From the NCBI GenBank assembly GCA_038087875.1, contig CM075994.1, forward strand, positions 4,962,001 to 5,022,000: a DNA stretch of 60,000 nucleotides, read 5' to 3'. Position 1 is the first letter of the stretch; every line of letters begins with the position of its first letter. This stretch comes from Malacoraja senta (Eukaryota). Of the stretch, positions 38,216-49,282 are shown piece by piece. Made by a program: the position numbers and the translations under genes. The notes beneath the pieces are model-generated. The model was not told where the DNA came from. It saw only the letters and a program-made list of their open reading frames with translations, and did no database searches.

Positions 38216-39639
38216 GTTTGGTTCTCACTATCTAGGATACTAGCGACTAAGTATTAGTGGCTGTCGTTTGGCTGTCACTTTAACGTAAATGCCAGAATTG
38301 TATGTCCCGTAAAAGCATTGTAATATGGTGGTTGAATAAGGAAAGACAAATCGCAGCTTTCGTAAACGAGAAGATCACGGTTTGTGCATTGGTCATCAAT
38401 TAACTTTCATCCTCGTTGTCTTTACCCCATGTAGGTGGCACATAATATCCGACGTTTTGTTCATCGGTATTTTGACGGCTCATTTCCCACCGTAATATAT
38501 ACGACAAAAATGCGTTTGTTTGGTGACATAATCGAAACTCTGACATTCTTTTCGTATGCCGTTGGCACACTGCCGTTGCGGACGTATCTTGATGAACACA
38601 GAGAGCCACATCATCGAAGCATCTTTAGCTGCAACCACGCCAACCCTATCGACCCAATGAATAGTCCGCCAATAAAACACCACGCACATGTTCCAAATCA
38701 AAAATTCTGACATAGAAAAAGAGCAATTCTATTCATAATTGCTGTCTCAAAACCACGAATCATCTGCAATAAGCCAATTTCGGGAATCATCCACAGAGAC
38801 GGCAAAAATAAGTAATTCATTACGAACTTAAGTCTGGACTCTGAATGCGGGCTTTGCACACTGGCCGCTCTTGCCCAGCATGGATGAAGCTGAGGCATTT
38901 CTAATGCATGTATAGTACTAAGAAACAAAATAGTATATACCTTTATAGCTTTGGTACATTTTATCTAATGGAAAGAAAGGGAGGCGATTAAAATTCAGTA
39001 AATTTCCTGGGTGCAAACACTACAGTTTCGTAACAAGTATGACAATTGAAAGGAAAACGTTTCCTCGCAATTTAAAGACACGAGAGTTGCCCATTTTGTG
39101 TGGAACTGTGCCCTGCGATCCATCGGGGTGCTCGATTGAGACATAAGGGTTTAAAATGTAATTTAAATAAATGGGAATAATAGTTGATAACTTAGTTCCT
39201 TTGCACTCACTCAAGAGATAAACGTTTAATACGTGAACACGTTTTAAAATATCATCTCTGTGGTGACGAAATTGGGCAGTTCTTATCAATTACGATCGAA
39301 AAGGAATATTAATTATTTCTGATTAGGCCGATTGAAAGTGCCACATTAGTTTGATATTTAACTAATTATAATTTTAGCTTTTACGAACCAAGGAAAATAT
39401 TGATGCTTCCTGTGACGTTGGCTAACAGAATGTACCACATTAGTTTGATGTTTTAAAAAACAATAATTTTTGTTGAAAAATGTATTAGCCCTTTTTGTAC
39501 AAACACTATATTTTGTCATGTGTAATGTAAGATTGATTACAGCAATGATTGTGTTCAGAGGTACATCATGGAAAGAGGCATTTGGGCCCGGCGAGTCCAC
39601 ACCGACTGTCCTCACGCATTCGCACATTCCCAGTTATCA

Positions 39640-39845
39640 CACTTTCTTATCAACTCCCTACATGCTAGAGGCAATTTGCAGAAGCCAATGGAACTACGTT
39701 CCATTGCGTCTTGGGGACGTAGGAAGAAGGAATCCCACGTGATCAAGGAAGAAACATCGTTTAGAGATCACTCGAGGTCAGGACCGAGCGCCTGTTTCTG
39801 GAGCTGTGAGGCAGCTGGTCGACCAGTTGCACTGCGGTGTCGCCT
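39640..39845 (-). mobile_element. V-SINE/HE1-like SINE
   Basis: ggcaatttgcagaagccaat...gaggtcaggaccgagc...tggagctgtgaggcagc...gtgtcgcc is the reverse of a tRNA-derived head. Confidence 0.65.
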
Positions 39846-40254
39846 CCATAGTGATGGAGCACTATCTCTTACATGATTAACATGGCCATGAGCTTTTCGT
39901 TATGTTCGAGTTTACATTTCATAGATCGTATCCGGAGGCAAATACTGATAGTTCATTCATAATTTGCATCACTGGGTAACGATAAAAATATTTACGTACA
40001 TCTTTTGACATCAACTGTATTTTTCAATACCGAGAATGTATGATAAAACTCATAAGCGGCTAAGGGGCACGGAAGACAACCGCTGCCGACTGACTTCCTT
40101 TATGCATCATGGTCAAAGATTCTGCTGACTTTGTCCATGCATCGCAAGGTAAGATTGGTGCATAATAATGTGAAACTACGGAGTTTACAAGGCAGAGCGG
40201 AAATGCTTTATTTCCCAGTAGTATTCAATTAATTGGACTTTCGAAACTTCCATT

Positions 40255-40496
40255 GTGACACAATTTCACAATACAAGCACATGTTTGGAAGAAAAAAAAA
40301 TCAGTTCTACTTGAATGGATGTCCCAAATGCTGCGAAGACAGTTTAATTTCTTCAAACTTTCAGAAAACGTTCTCGTGACACAATTTCACAATACAAGCA
40401 CATGTTTGGAAGAAAAAAAAATCAGTTCTACTTGAATGGATGTCCCAAATGCTGCGAAGACAGTTTAATTTCTTCAAACTTTCAGAAAACGTTCTC
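40255..40496. repeat. Perfect 121-bp tandem duplication
   Basis: gtgacacaatttcacaatacaagc...cagaaaacgttctc starts at 40255 and again at 40376, with no differences seen. Confidence 0.92.
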
Positions 40497-40946
40497 GTCA
40501 AAGCTAAACATTGTGGATTATATATCAATGTGCCGATGTTCTTCAAATCATACCTATGTTCATATCACCAGTTTTTGCCTCTGTTGTAGAAAACAAAAGT
40601 ATGTTTGAAGTATTTTGTCACTCAGTTGTTATGATGCAGCAATAGTATTCTGCAGAGGATTTGACATCCCGTTGTCATGTAAAGTGGTTTAATCGTATTT
40701 ATCTCTGAAAGTCTCTAATGTGCACAGAAATGCAATTGTTGGGCATAACAGTGTTGCATGTTTGTGACAACGGCAAACAATAACTTTTTCGGCTAAAGGC
40801 GAAAATATTAATCTTTGTGACCACACACAGCAATACAGAACGCATGTGCACACTCAAACATAACACACCTACGATCGCACGCACAAGTGCGCCACATATG
40901 CATACACACACATGCATGCATGGACACATACATAAGTAAACACATA

Positions 40947-42230
40947 CAGTGCCCTCCATAATATTTGGGACAAAGACCTATCATTTATTTATTTGCCTCT
41001 GTACTCCACATTTGAGATGTAATAGGAAAAAATCACGTCATTAGAGTGCACTTTTTCAGATTTTAATAAAGGACATTGTTATACATTTTGGTTTCACCAT
41101 GTAGAATTGATAGCATTGTGTTTACACTGCCACCATTTCAGGGCACCATAGTGTTTGGGACAGAGTAATGTAATATCAATTAAAGTAGTCATGTTCAGTA
41201 TTTCTTTGCACATTCTTTGCATGCAATGACTGCTTGAAGTCTGCGATTCGTGGACACCCTTTGCAGGTTGTCTTCTTTGGTGATGCTCTGCCAGGGCGGT
41301 ATTGCAGCCATATTTACTTTATGCTTGTTTTGGAGTATAGTCCCCTTCAGTTTTCTCTTCAGCATTTAAAAGGCATGCTTAATTGGGTTCAGATCGGGTG
41401 ATTGACTTGGCCACTCACGAATTTACATTTTTTTAACTGCGAAAAACTGCTTTGTTGCTTTAATAATAATAATAATATATTTTATTTTCATTGCACAGAG
41501 GTGCAACGAGTTTTGGTATGTAGCTTCACAGTATGTTTTGGATAATTTCTTGCTGTACAATGAAACGCCGTCCAATGAGTTTTGAGGCATTTCTTTGAAC
41601 TTGAGCAGAGAGGATGTGTCTATAAACCTCAGAATTCATTATGCCATTGCCAGCAGCAGATGTATCATCAATGAGGATAAGTGAGTCAGTACCTTCTGCA
41701 GCCATACATGCCCAGACAGTGTTTCACAGACGTGGTGGTATGCTTTGGATCTTCGGTAGTTCCTTCTCTCCGCCATATTTTGCTCTTGTCATCCATCTGA
41801 TATAGGATAATCTCCGTCTCATATGTCCAAGTGATCTTTTTCCAGAACTCTTTTAAGTACTTTTTCGCAAACTTTAACCTGGCCATCCTATTTTTGCGGT
41901 TAACCAGTAATTTTCATCTTACAGTGTCTGTAACCTCTGTATTTCTGTTCATAAAGTGTTCAGTGGACAGTGGCCATTGACTAATCCAAATCTGACCCCT
42001 GAAGAGTGTTTCTGATGTGTCGGACAGGTGTTTGGGGATGTTTCTTTATTTTAGAGTGAATTCTTATGTCATGAGTGGAGGTCTTCCTCGGCCTGCCAGT
42101 CACTTTGCGATTAGTAATCTCACCAGTGCACATATTTTTCTTAACGATGTTCCAAACAGTTGCTTTTGGTAAGCCTAAGGTTTGGTTGATGTCTCTAACA
42201 GTCTATTCTTGTTTCTCAGTCTCATACTCA
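40947..42230 (-). mobile_element. Tc1/mariner DNA transposon relic (one TIR, decayed transposase)
   Basis: TA followed by CAGTGCCCTCCATAATATTTGGGACA at 40945-40972. An inner direct repeat ccatagtgtttgggaca lies at ~41146. Transposase fragments include ARLKFAKKYL...WTYETEIILYQ...KHTTTSVKH and WPSQSPDLNPIKHAF. Confidence 0.88.
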
Positions 42231-42695
42231 GTCTCATTGACAGACTGTCAATGATTATATTCGGTGATTATATTCGGAGATAAAATTAAATATGAGCACC
42301 TTACTGTAGTGCATGAGCAATTCAATGCTGCAGCGTACCAATAAATGTGCAAGCTGCAATTCGTCAATTCGTTGGGATTTTCATGACTAATTGTGCATGC
42401 ATTGTCTTCCCAAATTGACTAATTTTCCAAAATTGAATACTTGCAAGAGTACGGACGAACTTTACCAACGGCAGATTACGTGGCCCACATACCTTATGAA
42501 ACCACCATCAAATGTGACACAACATATTTATTGTATACACAAAATATAAATTGTTGTAAAACCCTTGAGTTTCTAATATGCTCCGTCAACATGCAGCATT
42601 ATTTTTTTATGACTGAATTACCAAAATTGTGTAAGTTGGCATATGTCGCAGAATAAATAATATGTAGAAAATGTTTTTCCCCAGATCCGTACTAG

Positions 42696-42853
42696 TTTTA
42701 GGTATGTGATATGACTGGCATATGTGATGTCTTGTGCAAGTACACATGCGCAGGGGAGACTCAAGTGGGCGACCTGGAATAAAGAAGCTTGTTAGTGTAC
42801 TCCCGTGTGCGCTTGTTATTTTAAGTATGTTCCAAGCACCCAAATACACAACA
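42696..42853 (+). repeat. 5' LTR
   Basis: Direct repeat of 46478-46635; contains AATAAA, ends in CA, and the initial TG has drifted to TT. Confidence 0.92.
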
Positions 42854-42855
42854 AT

Positions 42856-42867
42856 TGGCGACGAGGA
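42856..42867 (+). promoter_or_regulatory. Primer-binding site, complementary to the 3' end of tRNA-Ser(GCT)
   Basis: TGGCGACGAGGA lies 2 nt after the 5' LTR. Vertebrate tRNA-Ser(GCT) ends ...TCCTCGTCG-CCA (recalled, not searched). Confidence 0.8.
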
Positions 42868-43169
42868 AGAAATAACAGAACATAAAAGAACAAGGACAGC
42901 AGAGAAAAACGAAAACAAGTAAAAAATACACGTTATATTTGGAAACAAAGTGGAACAGCACCAAGCAAAACGATTTGGCGCAAATTGATTTTGAATTGGC
43001 GCCAAAGAAAAAAAAAGTCGGAACGGGAAGCAAGAGCGCAGGGAAGCAATAGCGCAGGGGAGACAAGCGGGGCAGTAAGGGTCACCGAGCGCAGCTGGAA
43101 GCTAGGAGCGACGGTGTCAACTTACTTGGAATGTTTTCCAGGGATTTGCAGCCCACAGCCAGGCCAAGC

Positions 43170-43350
43170 AGCAACCATAGACGTCGGGTGAGGGCCAATT
43201 ACCGTGTAGGCCACGGACAGATCCGGAGAAGCCACCGACGAAAGAGGACCGTGTTGCCCAGGGCCAGCCCCAGTAGCAGCCACAGACGTCGGGTGAGGGC
43301 GTAATACAGTGTAGGCCACGGACAGGTCGTAGAAGCCACCGACGAAAGAC
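43170..43350. repeat. ~106-bp tandem duplication in the LTR element leader
   Basis: agcagc/aacca(t/c)agacgtcgggtgagggc...gtgtaggccacggacag...agaagccaccgacgaaag occurs twice. Confidence 0.8.
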
Positions 43351-44184
43351 GAGTCTTCAGCCCGGCCGGGGGCAGTCAGCCCGGTGGGGGGAGAAAGCGG
43401 AGAAAACCCGGTCGCGTGAGACGGCCGAGAGCAGATAACGCCCTGTCGTGAGAGAAAGCCGGCCGAGAGAGAAGCGGGTCCGCGCGAGAGAAGCGGGACA
43501 CAGTGCTTAGCCAGCCCCGACGGCGGGGCACAGTCGCGACGCTTGGAGTAGGGGAAACCAGCAGCAGAAACAAGCAGCGACTCACCTTCCGCAGGTTGTC
43601 CACGTGAGCCAGCGCCGAGCCGAACAGCGGGTCCAGTAGCAGCCGGGAGGGTTATGGAGCCAGCGGGCAGGCAAGTCGGCGGAGCAGCGAGAGTCGACTT
43701 GGTACCGAGCCAGAGGAGACAACAGCAACGGCTGAGCCAGCGGCAACGGCGGAGGTCCGGAATGGCCAGCAGTATTTAAAAGTAAATGTGAGGCCCGGGG
43801 GTGCCAGCGAAAGCACCAGCGACAGGCCCACAGGCCGACAAGCTGGACCGGTGAAATCCTTCACAATAAAAGCACTGTTGAATGTAATGCATTGTTCACT
43901 ATTTATTCGCAGTAAAAGCAGGACTGTTTGGATGTAATGCATTGGTCACTGTTATTAATAGTAAATCTGTGAGCATAGCAGGAATATGGTTTAAAATGTA
44001 CTAGTTGGTTATTAACCTTAAATGTTGGTTATTAGTATAAATCTATTATTATATGATTCAGTAATAGTCAGAGTGCTGGATAATCTTTAGCATGTAAAAG
44101 GATTAAGTCCAGGGCAGAAAACACAGCTAGAGAACAGAATATAGTGCACCTGAATAGCAACAGGTAACATGGGTATTCAAATGG

Positions 44185-44430
44185 AAGGAAAGTTGCCCAG
44201 TTAGAGTCTGGGTGTAATTTTGAGAAACGTACTGATGTCTTGGAGGCTTCGTTGATTTCCAATGATATCACTGCAGAGGAGAAGTAGAGAGCATGGTTCA
44301 TATTAGCCTTAGGAAGAGAGGGTTATCAAACCTTACGTACGTTACTGCGGCCTGCAAAGCCCACGGCTAAAACGTACGATGAGTGTAAGGAGGCATTTAT
44401 GGCTCATTTATTGCCAAAACCTCCAAGTGC
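44185..44430 (+). pseudogene. Gypsy gag N-terminal fragment
   Basis: LISNDITAEEK*RAWFILALGREGYQTLRTLLRPAKPTAKTYDECKEAFMAHLLPKP fits the typical fish Gypsy gag N-terminus, with one in-frame stop. Confidence 0.8.
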
Positions 44431-44574
44431 ATCGAGAGGCAAGGAGCTTGAACTAAAGAGGGCAGTGAGTCCCTCAAAGGAAAAAGGTAAAGTGAAAAGT
44501 GACGAAGGTCAAGTGCAAACGGCTAAAGGTCAAAGGCAAAGTGACAAAAGTCGTGCCAAGTCACGAAGTTCAAG

Positions 44575-45530
44575 TGCAAAAGGCGTACCGTCCATACAGG
44601 GCAATGAGATTGGCAGCTATAATAGTACAGACCCATTATATGGCACAGCTTCAAATGGAAAGTGATCGCAAAACTTACATGAAGGTACGCAGCATCGTTG
44701 TGCTGCTTCAGGCTGCCTACCGAGGAATGGTTGTTCGAATGCAATAGCGGTGTATGCACAAATCTGCAAAGGTCATACAGACTTATTATTAGATGCATAT
44801 ACAGCATCAGTATTTCAAGAAACTACGCTGGTCTGCCATTGCGGTACAGCAACGATACAGAGATTGACAGATAAGAGATGTCCAAGTGAGACATTATAAT
44901 AATTTGAGAATAGCAGTGGTTTGTATTCAGGCCTTCTATCGCGGAATTAAATCCAGAGAATTGGTTGAGAAAATCAAGGCAGCACGCCATAGTAAGTCAT
45001 TCATAATGTTGTGCATTACAAGAACACGTTTATTGATGCAAAAGGCGTCTGTAGTCACTCTGCAAGCTGCATACCGTGGTTACCGATCAAAGTGTACGCT
45101 ACAGAGCTATGCGACAAGCAGTCATTTCGATCCAGAGATGGTAAAAAGCATGCAAAATAGGGCATTCCCAGTTTGTGCAATACCAGTCAATGAGGTATGC
45201 AACGATTACCATTCAGGCTGCCTACAAGACTATGGTGGTTAGGCAGTGGGTTAAGCAAAAGAGAGCTACTATAGAAGTGCAGTCAGTATTCCGTATGAAT
45301 TGATATAGGAAAGACTTAAGAAGACAAATAGATGCACAACACAAAAGGCTTAAACGATACAAAAGGCATAAAAGATATAGGAACGAATTCCTCAAACAGA
45401 AATATACAGCAATTGCAGCGCAGTCTCATTACCGTGCTTATGAAGCAAGAAAACTATACAGAGCACAAATCAAAGCCACTGTTGTATTGCAAAGACAATA
45501 TAGATCCTACTTCTTGATGAAAAACCAGAA
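44575..45530 (+). pseudogene. ASPM: Captured ASPM-like IQ-repeat coding fragment (stops/frameshifts)
   Basis: Translates to YRAMRLAAIIVQTHY...VVLLQAAYRGMVVR...MHKSAKVIQTYY*MH...YFKKLRWSAIAVQQRYRD...RHYNNLRIAVVCIQAFYRGIKSR...SVVTLQAAYRG, then YRAMRQAVISIQRW...ATITIQAAYK and ATVVLQRQYRSY. These are about a dozen tandem IQ motifs with the spacing of the ASPM IQ array. Confidence 0.82.
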
Positions 45531-46119
45531 AGGTGACAAGAATACAAATAGATTAACAACAGAAAAGCTTAAACGGTACAAAGAACGGTGAAATAAATGT
45601 GTGACATTGATTAAAAAGCTGCTAATAGAAAAGTCTAAAGAAGAGAGGCTTGTCGGTTAAGACAAAAGTATGCAAGACCGATTGCGATTAGGACACTTCA
45701 CTATAGTCCAGCATGGAGCCTACTTCACTGAGCAATGGACAAATGGTTATGCATTGCAGAATCTTATTAAAGAACAAAAGCGCAGATAAATACGCAGCGA
45801 ATGGAAATTGAACAACAGAGGAAGTTGCTAGAAAGTGAAATCTTGCAGCCATGGGTCAGATCCCACATACAAAGAGGAAAACAAAGCAAATACATGAACC
45901 AGAAAATGAAACGCAGAACATCAGGAACAGGAAGAAATTTGCAAATTAGATTAGGACATTTAAAAAGGGAAGAATCAGAGATACAGGCAGAGCTAGAGCG
46001 ATTAGAAAATGTTCGCAATTTACACATAAAGTAACGGGAAATGATAACACATAAAGCAAGGAGTAATGTATTTGGTTTAAGGAGGATGGGTGGAATGAAA
46101 ACATGATGTACTGGTTTAG

Positions 46120-46345
46120 AGAGGATTATTACAGTTATGAGGATGTATTGAAAGATGAATGTAATAATACCATTTTCCAACAGTGTATTAATCAATTATA
46201 TTTTACGTAAAGACCATATTACCGTGGGTTAGAAATGATTATTACAGGTATGGGGATGTATTGTGAGATGATTGTAATAATAGAATTGTGCAACAGTGTA
46301 TTAATCAATGATATGTTAGGTAAAGAGCATATACCGTGCAGGTGA
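46120..46345. repeat. Two-copy ~115-bp tandem repeat in the 3' internal region of the LTR element
   Basis: gattattacag...ggatgtattg..agatga.tgtaataata...caacagtgtattaatcaat...gtaaaga.catat occurs at ~46123 and ~46238. Confidence 0.8.
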
Positions 46346-46351
46346 AATTGA

Positions 46352-46477
46352 GTTAAAGGGGGAGGAGTGCGATGTATATAATATAAATGCTATCACCTGC
46401 CTCCAAGTTAAAGGGGGAGGAGTGCGTTGTATGTAATAGAAATGGTGTTAACTGCCTCCAAGTTAACGAGGGGGGGG
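46352..46477 (+). promoter_or_regulatory. Polypurine tract, triplicated
   Basis: agttaaagggggaggag (46352), agttaaaggggggaggag (46406) and agttaacgagggggggg (46461), the last abutting the 3' LTR TG. Confidence 0.8.
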
Positions 46478-46635
46478 TGTTCGGTATGTGACATTATTAG
46501 CATATGTGATGTCTTGTGCACGTACGCATGCGCAGGGGAGACTCCAGGTGGCGTCCGGGAATAAAGAAGCGTGTTAGTGTACTCCCGTGTCCGAGTGTTA
46601 TTTTAAGTGTGTTCCAAGGACCCAAATACACAACA
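46478..46635 (+). repeat. 3' LTR
   Basis: TG...CA direct repeat of 42696-42853. Confidence 0.92.
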
Positions 46636-47164
46636 ACTATATGCATTTCTTTATTCAGAGATTGAATAATGCAGAAGATTTTTTGTGTGAGGAAGCAGAT
46701 GAGCTCCCACGTGACTGCTTCGAGTTGGTCCACATTCAATAACTCATCGGCCATCTAAGATGAATATGATTCTATCGTCACGGTTTTATTAAGTACGCGC
46801 GCAATTGAAAACAATTAACTATATGTGTTCCCCAACAGGAAGCCACTGAAAAACCGTAAGATCAATTACATGCGAAATTGCAAGTCTCTGGCGTTCAGGG
46901 TGGATAAACTTGTCCTGCACAATTAATCGAGATTTAATGTTTCAACGCAAGGGATGTCAAGACACAATAGAGAACAAAGTTAAAGGCCTTGCCTAATTTT
47001 GCGGACAAGTCTTGATGGTGGCAAGATTGCATGGTATAGTGGGATACCAAATGACCTCGATCAGCATCACTTGCAACATCGCATCCCTCACCGAAGAACT
47101 TTGAACTGAAAGTCGGGAGGTGGCATGACATCAATTCACCCGACTGGTTAGGATGTATAGAATC

Positions 47165-48780
47165 AAGAGTCATGGATTCATTGAGCGATAGAGTGTGGAA
47201 ACCGGCCCTTCTGCCCCACTAGCCCACACCGGCCAACATGTCCCAGCTACACGAGTCCCAACTGCCTGCGTTGGGTCCATATCCCTCTAGACTCATCCTA
47301 TCCATGCATCTGTCCAAATGTGTCTTAAACTTTGAAACGGTATCTGCCTCACCCACCTGCTTAGGCACCTCGTTCCACAGACCCACCACACTTTTTGTGA
47401 AAAGGTTACCCATCAGAATCCTATTAAATCGTTTCCCCTTCATCTAAAACCTATGCCCTATGGTCCTCGATTCACCCAATTAAGGCAAACGACTATGTCC
47501 TTGTGCCCCATCTATTCCCCTCATAATTTTATACACCTCTATAAGATCACCCATAACTTTGCCTGCGCTCCAATGCCTGGCGACCCTGTCTACAAAACCT
47601 CCTGCAAAAGATCAAACCCATTAGTCCTGCCAATATTCTCGTAAATCTTCTCTGAACACTTTCAAGCATGGCATTATCTTTCATACAACATAGTGCCCAG
47701 AACTGAACACAATAATATAAATGCGGTCTCACCAAAGACTCATACAACTGCAACATGGCCTTCCAAATACTATAGTCAATACTCAACTGATTAACTATAT
47801 TCAACTGATGAAGGGCAATGAGCCAATAGCCTTTTTGACCACCTTTTCTACATGCGTCTCGACCTTCGAGGAACAATGCGCCTGCACTCCATGTTGACGT
47901 CCAACATGCAACACCTCATCTGTATTAAATCCCATCAACCATTCTTCAGCCCATTTGGCCAATCGATCAAGATTCTGCTGCAATTTTTCACAACCATCTT
48001 CACTATCTGCAAACCCCCCAGATTTGTATCATCAGCAAACTTGCTAATCTTGCATGTATGTTCTCATCCAAATTCCCAACAACGAACCCTGAGGCCCACT
48101 AGTCACAGGCCTCCAGTCCGAGAAGCAATCTTCCACCATCACCCTCTTCTTCCTTCAATGAAGCAATGTTGCTATCCATTCAGATCCCATGCGACCTAAG
48201 CTTTCAGAACAACCTAGAATGCCTACCTGAAATCCATGTATACAACAGCTATATGTCTGCCCTCATCGCAGTTATTCGTCACATCTCAAAAAAATCAATC
48301 ACAATTGTGAGACACGACCACCCCCGTACAAAACCATGTTTCAGCCCGTAGCGTTGCCTGTTTCCTTCGCTCCATAGATGCAGCGGCACCCGCTGAGCAC
48401 TTTTGTCATCCCTAATCATTCCTTTCCCATCCAAATGCCTGTATAACGTTTCCCTCAGAATACGCATCAGTAACTTTCCAATTACAGATGTTAAGTTCAC
48501 CGGCCTATTGTCCCAGCATTTTGCCTCCAGCCCTTCTTGAACAAACATTTGCCACACTCCAGTTTTCCGGCACCTCTACTGTTTTTAAGAACGACTCGTA
48601 AATTTCAACCAGGGCTCCCGCAATTTCCGCTCTAGTTTTCCACAATAGCCTCGGATATACAGGTATCTGTACAGAACCTGGAGGTTTGCTTACCTTCATA
48701 CACGACAGCACCTTCAGTGCGTATTTGATGATACAACTGACTGCGCTTAATGCACTTCCATTGAGTGCCCCCAAGTTCCT
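47165..48780 (-). mobile_element. Old CR1 LINE 3' portion (different subfamily)
   Basis: RPVNLTSVIGKLL, HGFVRGWSCLT, LVRPHLYYCVQFW and FTKSVVGLWNEVP; 3' UTR with ggcccttctgcccc. Contains a Penelope end fragment at ~48338-48400. Confidence 0.85.
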
Positions 48781-49282
48781 CCGACCTAATGTTGCCTGGG
48801 TTTCAGCAACTAAGTTACAGAGAAAGGTTGAACAAGTTAGGTCTTTATTCTTTGGAGCGCAGAAGGTTAAGAGGGGACTTGATAGAGGTCTTTAAAATTA
48901 TGAGCGCGTTAGACAGAGTGGACGTGGATAAGCTTTTCCCATTGAGAGTAGGGAAGATTCAAACAAGGGGACATGACTTGAGAATTAAGGGACAGAAGTT
49001 TAGGGGGAACATTAGGGGGAACTTCTTTACTCAGAGAGTGGTAGCTGTGTGGAATGAGCTTCCAGTGGAAGTGGTGGAGGCAGGTTCGATGTTATCCTTT
49101 AAAAATAGATTGGATGGGTATATGGACGGGAAAGGAATGGAGGGTTATGGTCTGAGTGCAGGTAGATGGGACTAGGAGGAAGTATTTATTTGTAATTAAA
49201 AAAAAAAAAAAAAAAAAAATGTTCGGCATTTGAAGGGCCGAGATGGCCTGTTTCCGTGCTGTTATGGTTATATGGTTATATA
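48781..49282 (+). mobile_element. Younger CR1 3' fragment
   Basis: LSYRERLNKLGLYSLERRRLRGDLIEVFKI...FFTQRVVAVWNELP; 3' end gggccgagatggcctgtttccgtgctg with a (gttatatg)-type tail; an internal A-run at 49198-49219. Confidence 0.88.

Larger units (their letters stand above)
42696..46635 (+). mobile_element. Non-autonomous Gypsy-type LTR retrotransposon (gag fragment, no pol) carrying captured IQ-repeat host sequence
   Basis: Two 158-bp LTRs (19 mismatches by eye) ending ACAACA, a PBS and a PPT. Flanks are ACTAG (42691-42695) and ACTAT (46636-46640). A gag N-terminal fragment is present; no protease/RT/integrase motifs were seen. Confidence 0.9.

Noticed and set aside
38480..38713. Minus ORF with CA...CQSFDY...C resembling a PAN/apple domain
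   Set aside because: Cysteine spacing is incomplete and there are no supporting neighbouring exons.
22100..40000. Possible Ig/TCR cluster or other multi-exon gene in the long unique stretches
   Set aside because: No heptamer-nonamer recombination signals or recognisable domains were found by eye; small exons cannot be excluded.
44575..45530. Native ASPM gene exon
   Set aside because: It contains stops and frameshifts, has no neighbouring ASH/CH-domain exons, and is enclosed by LTRs; treated as a captured fragment.
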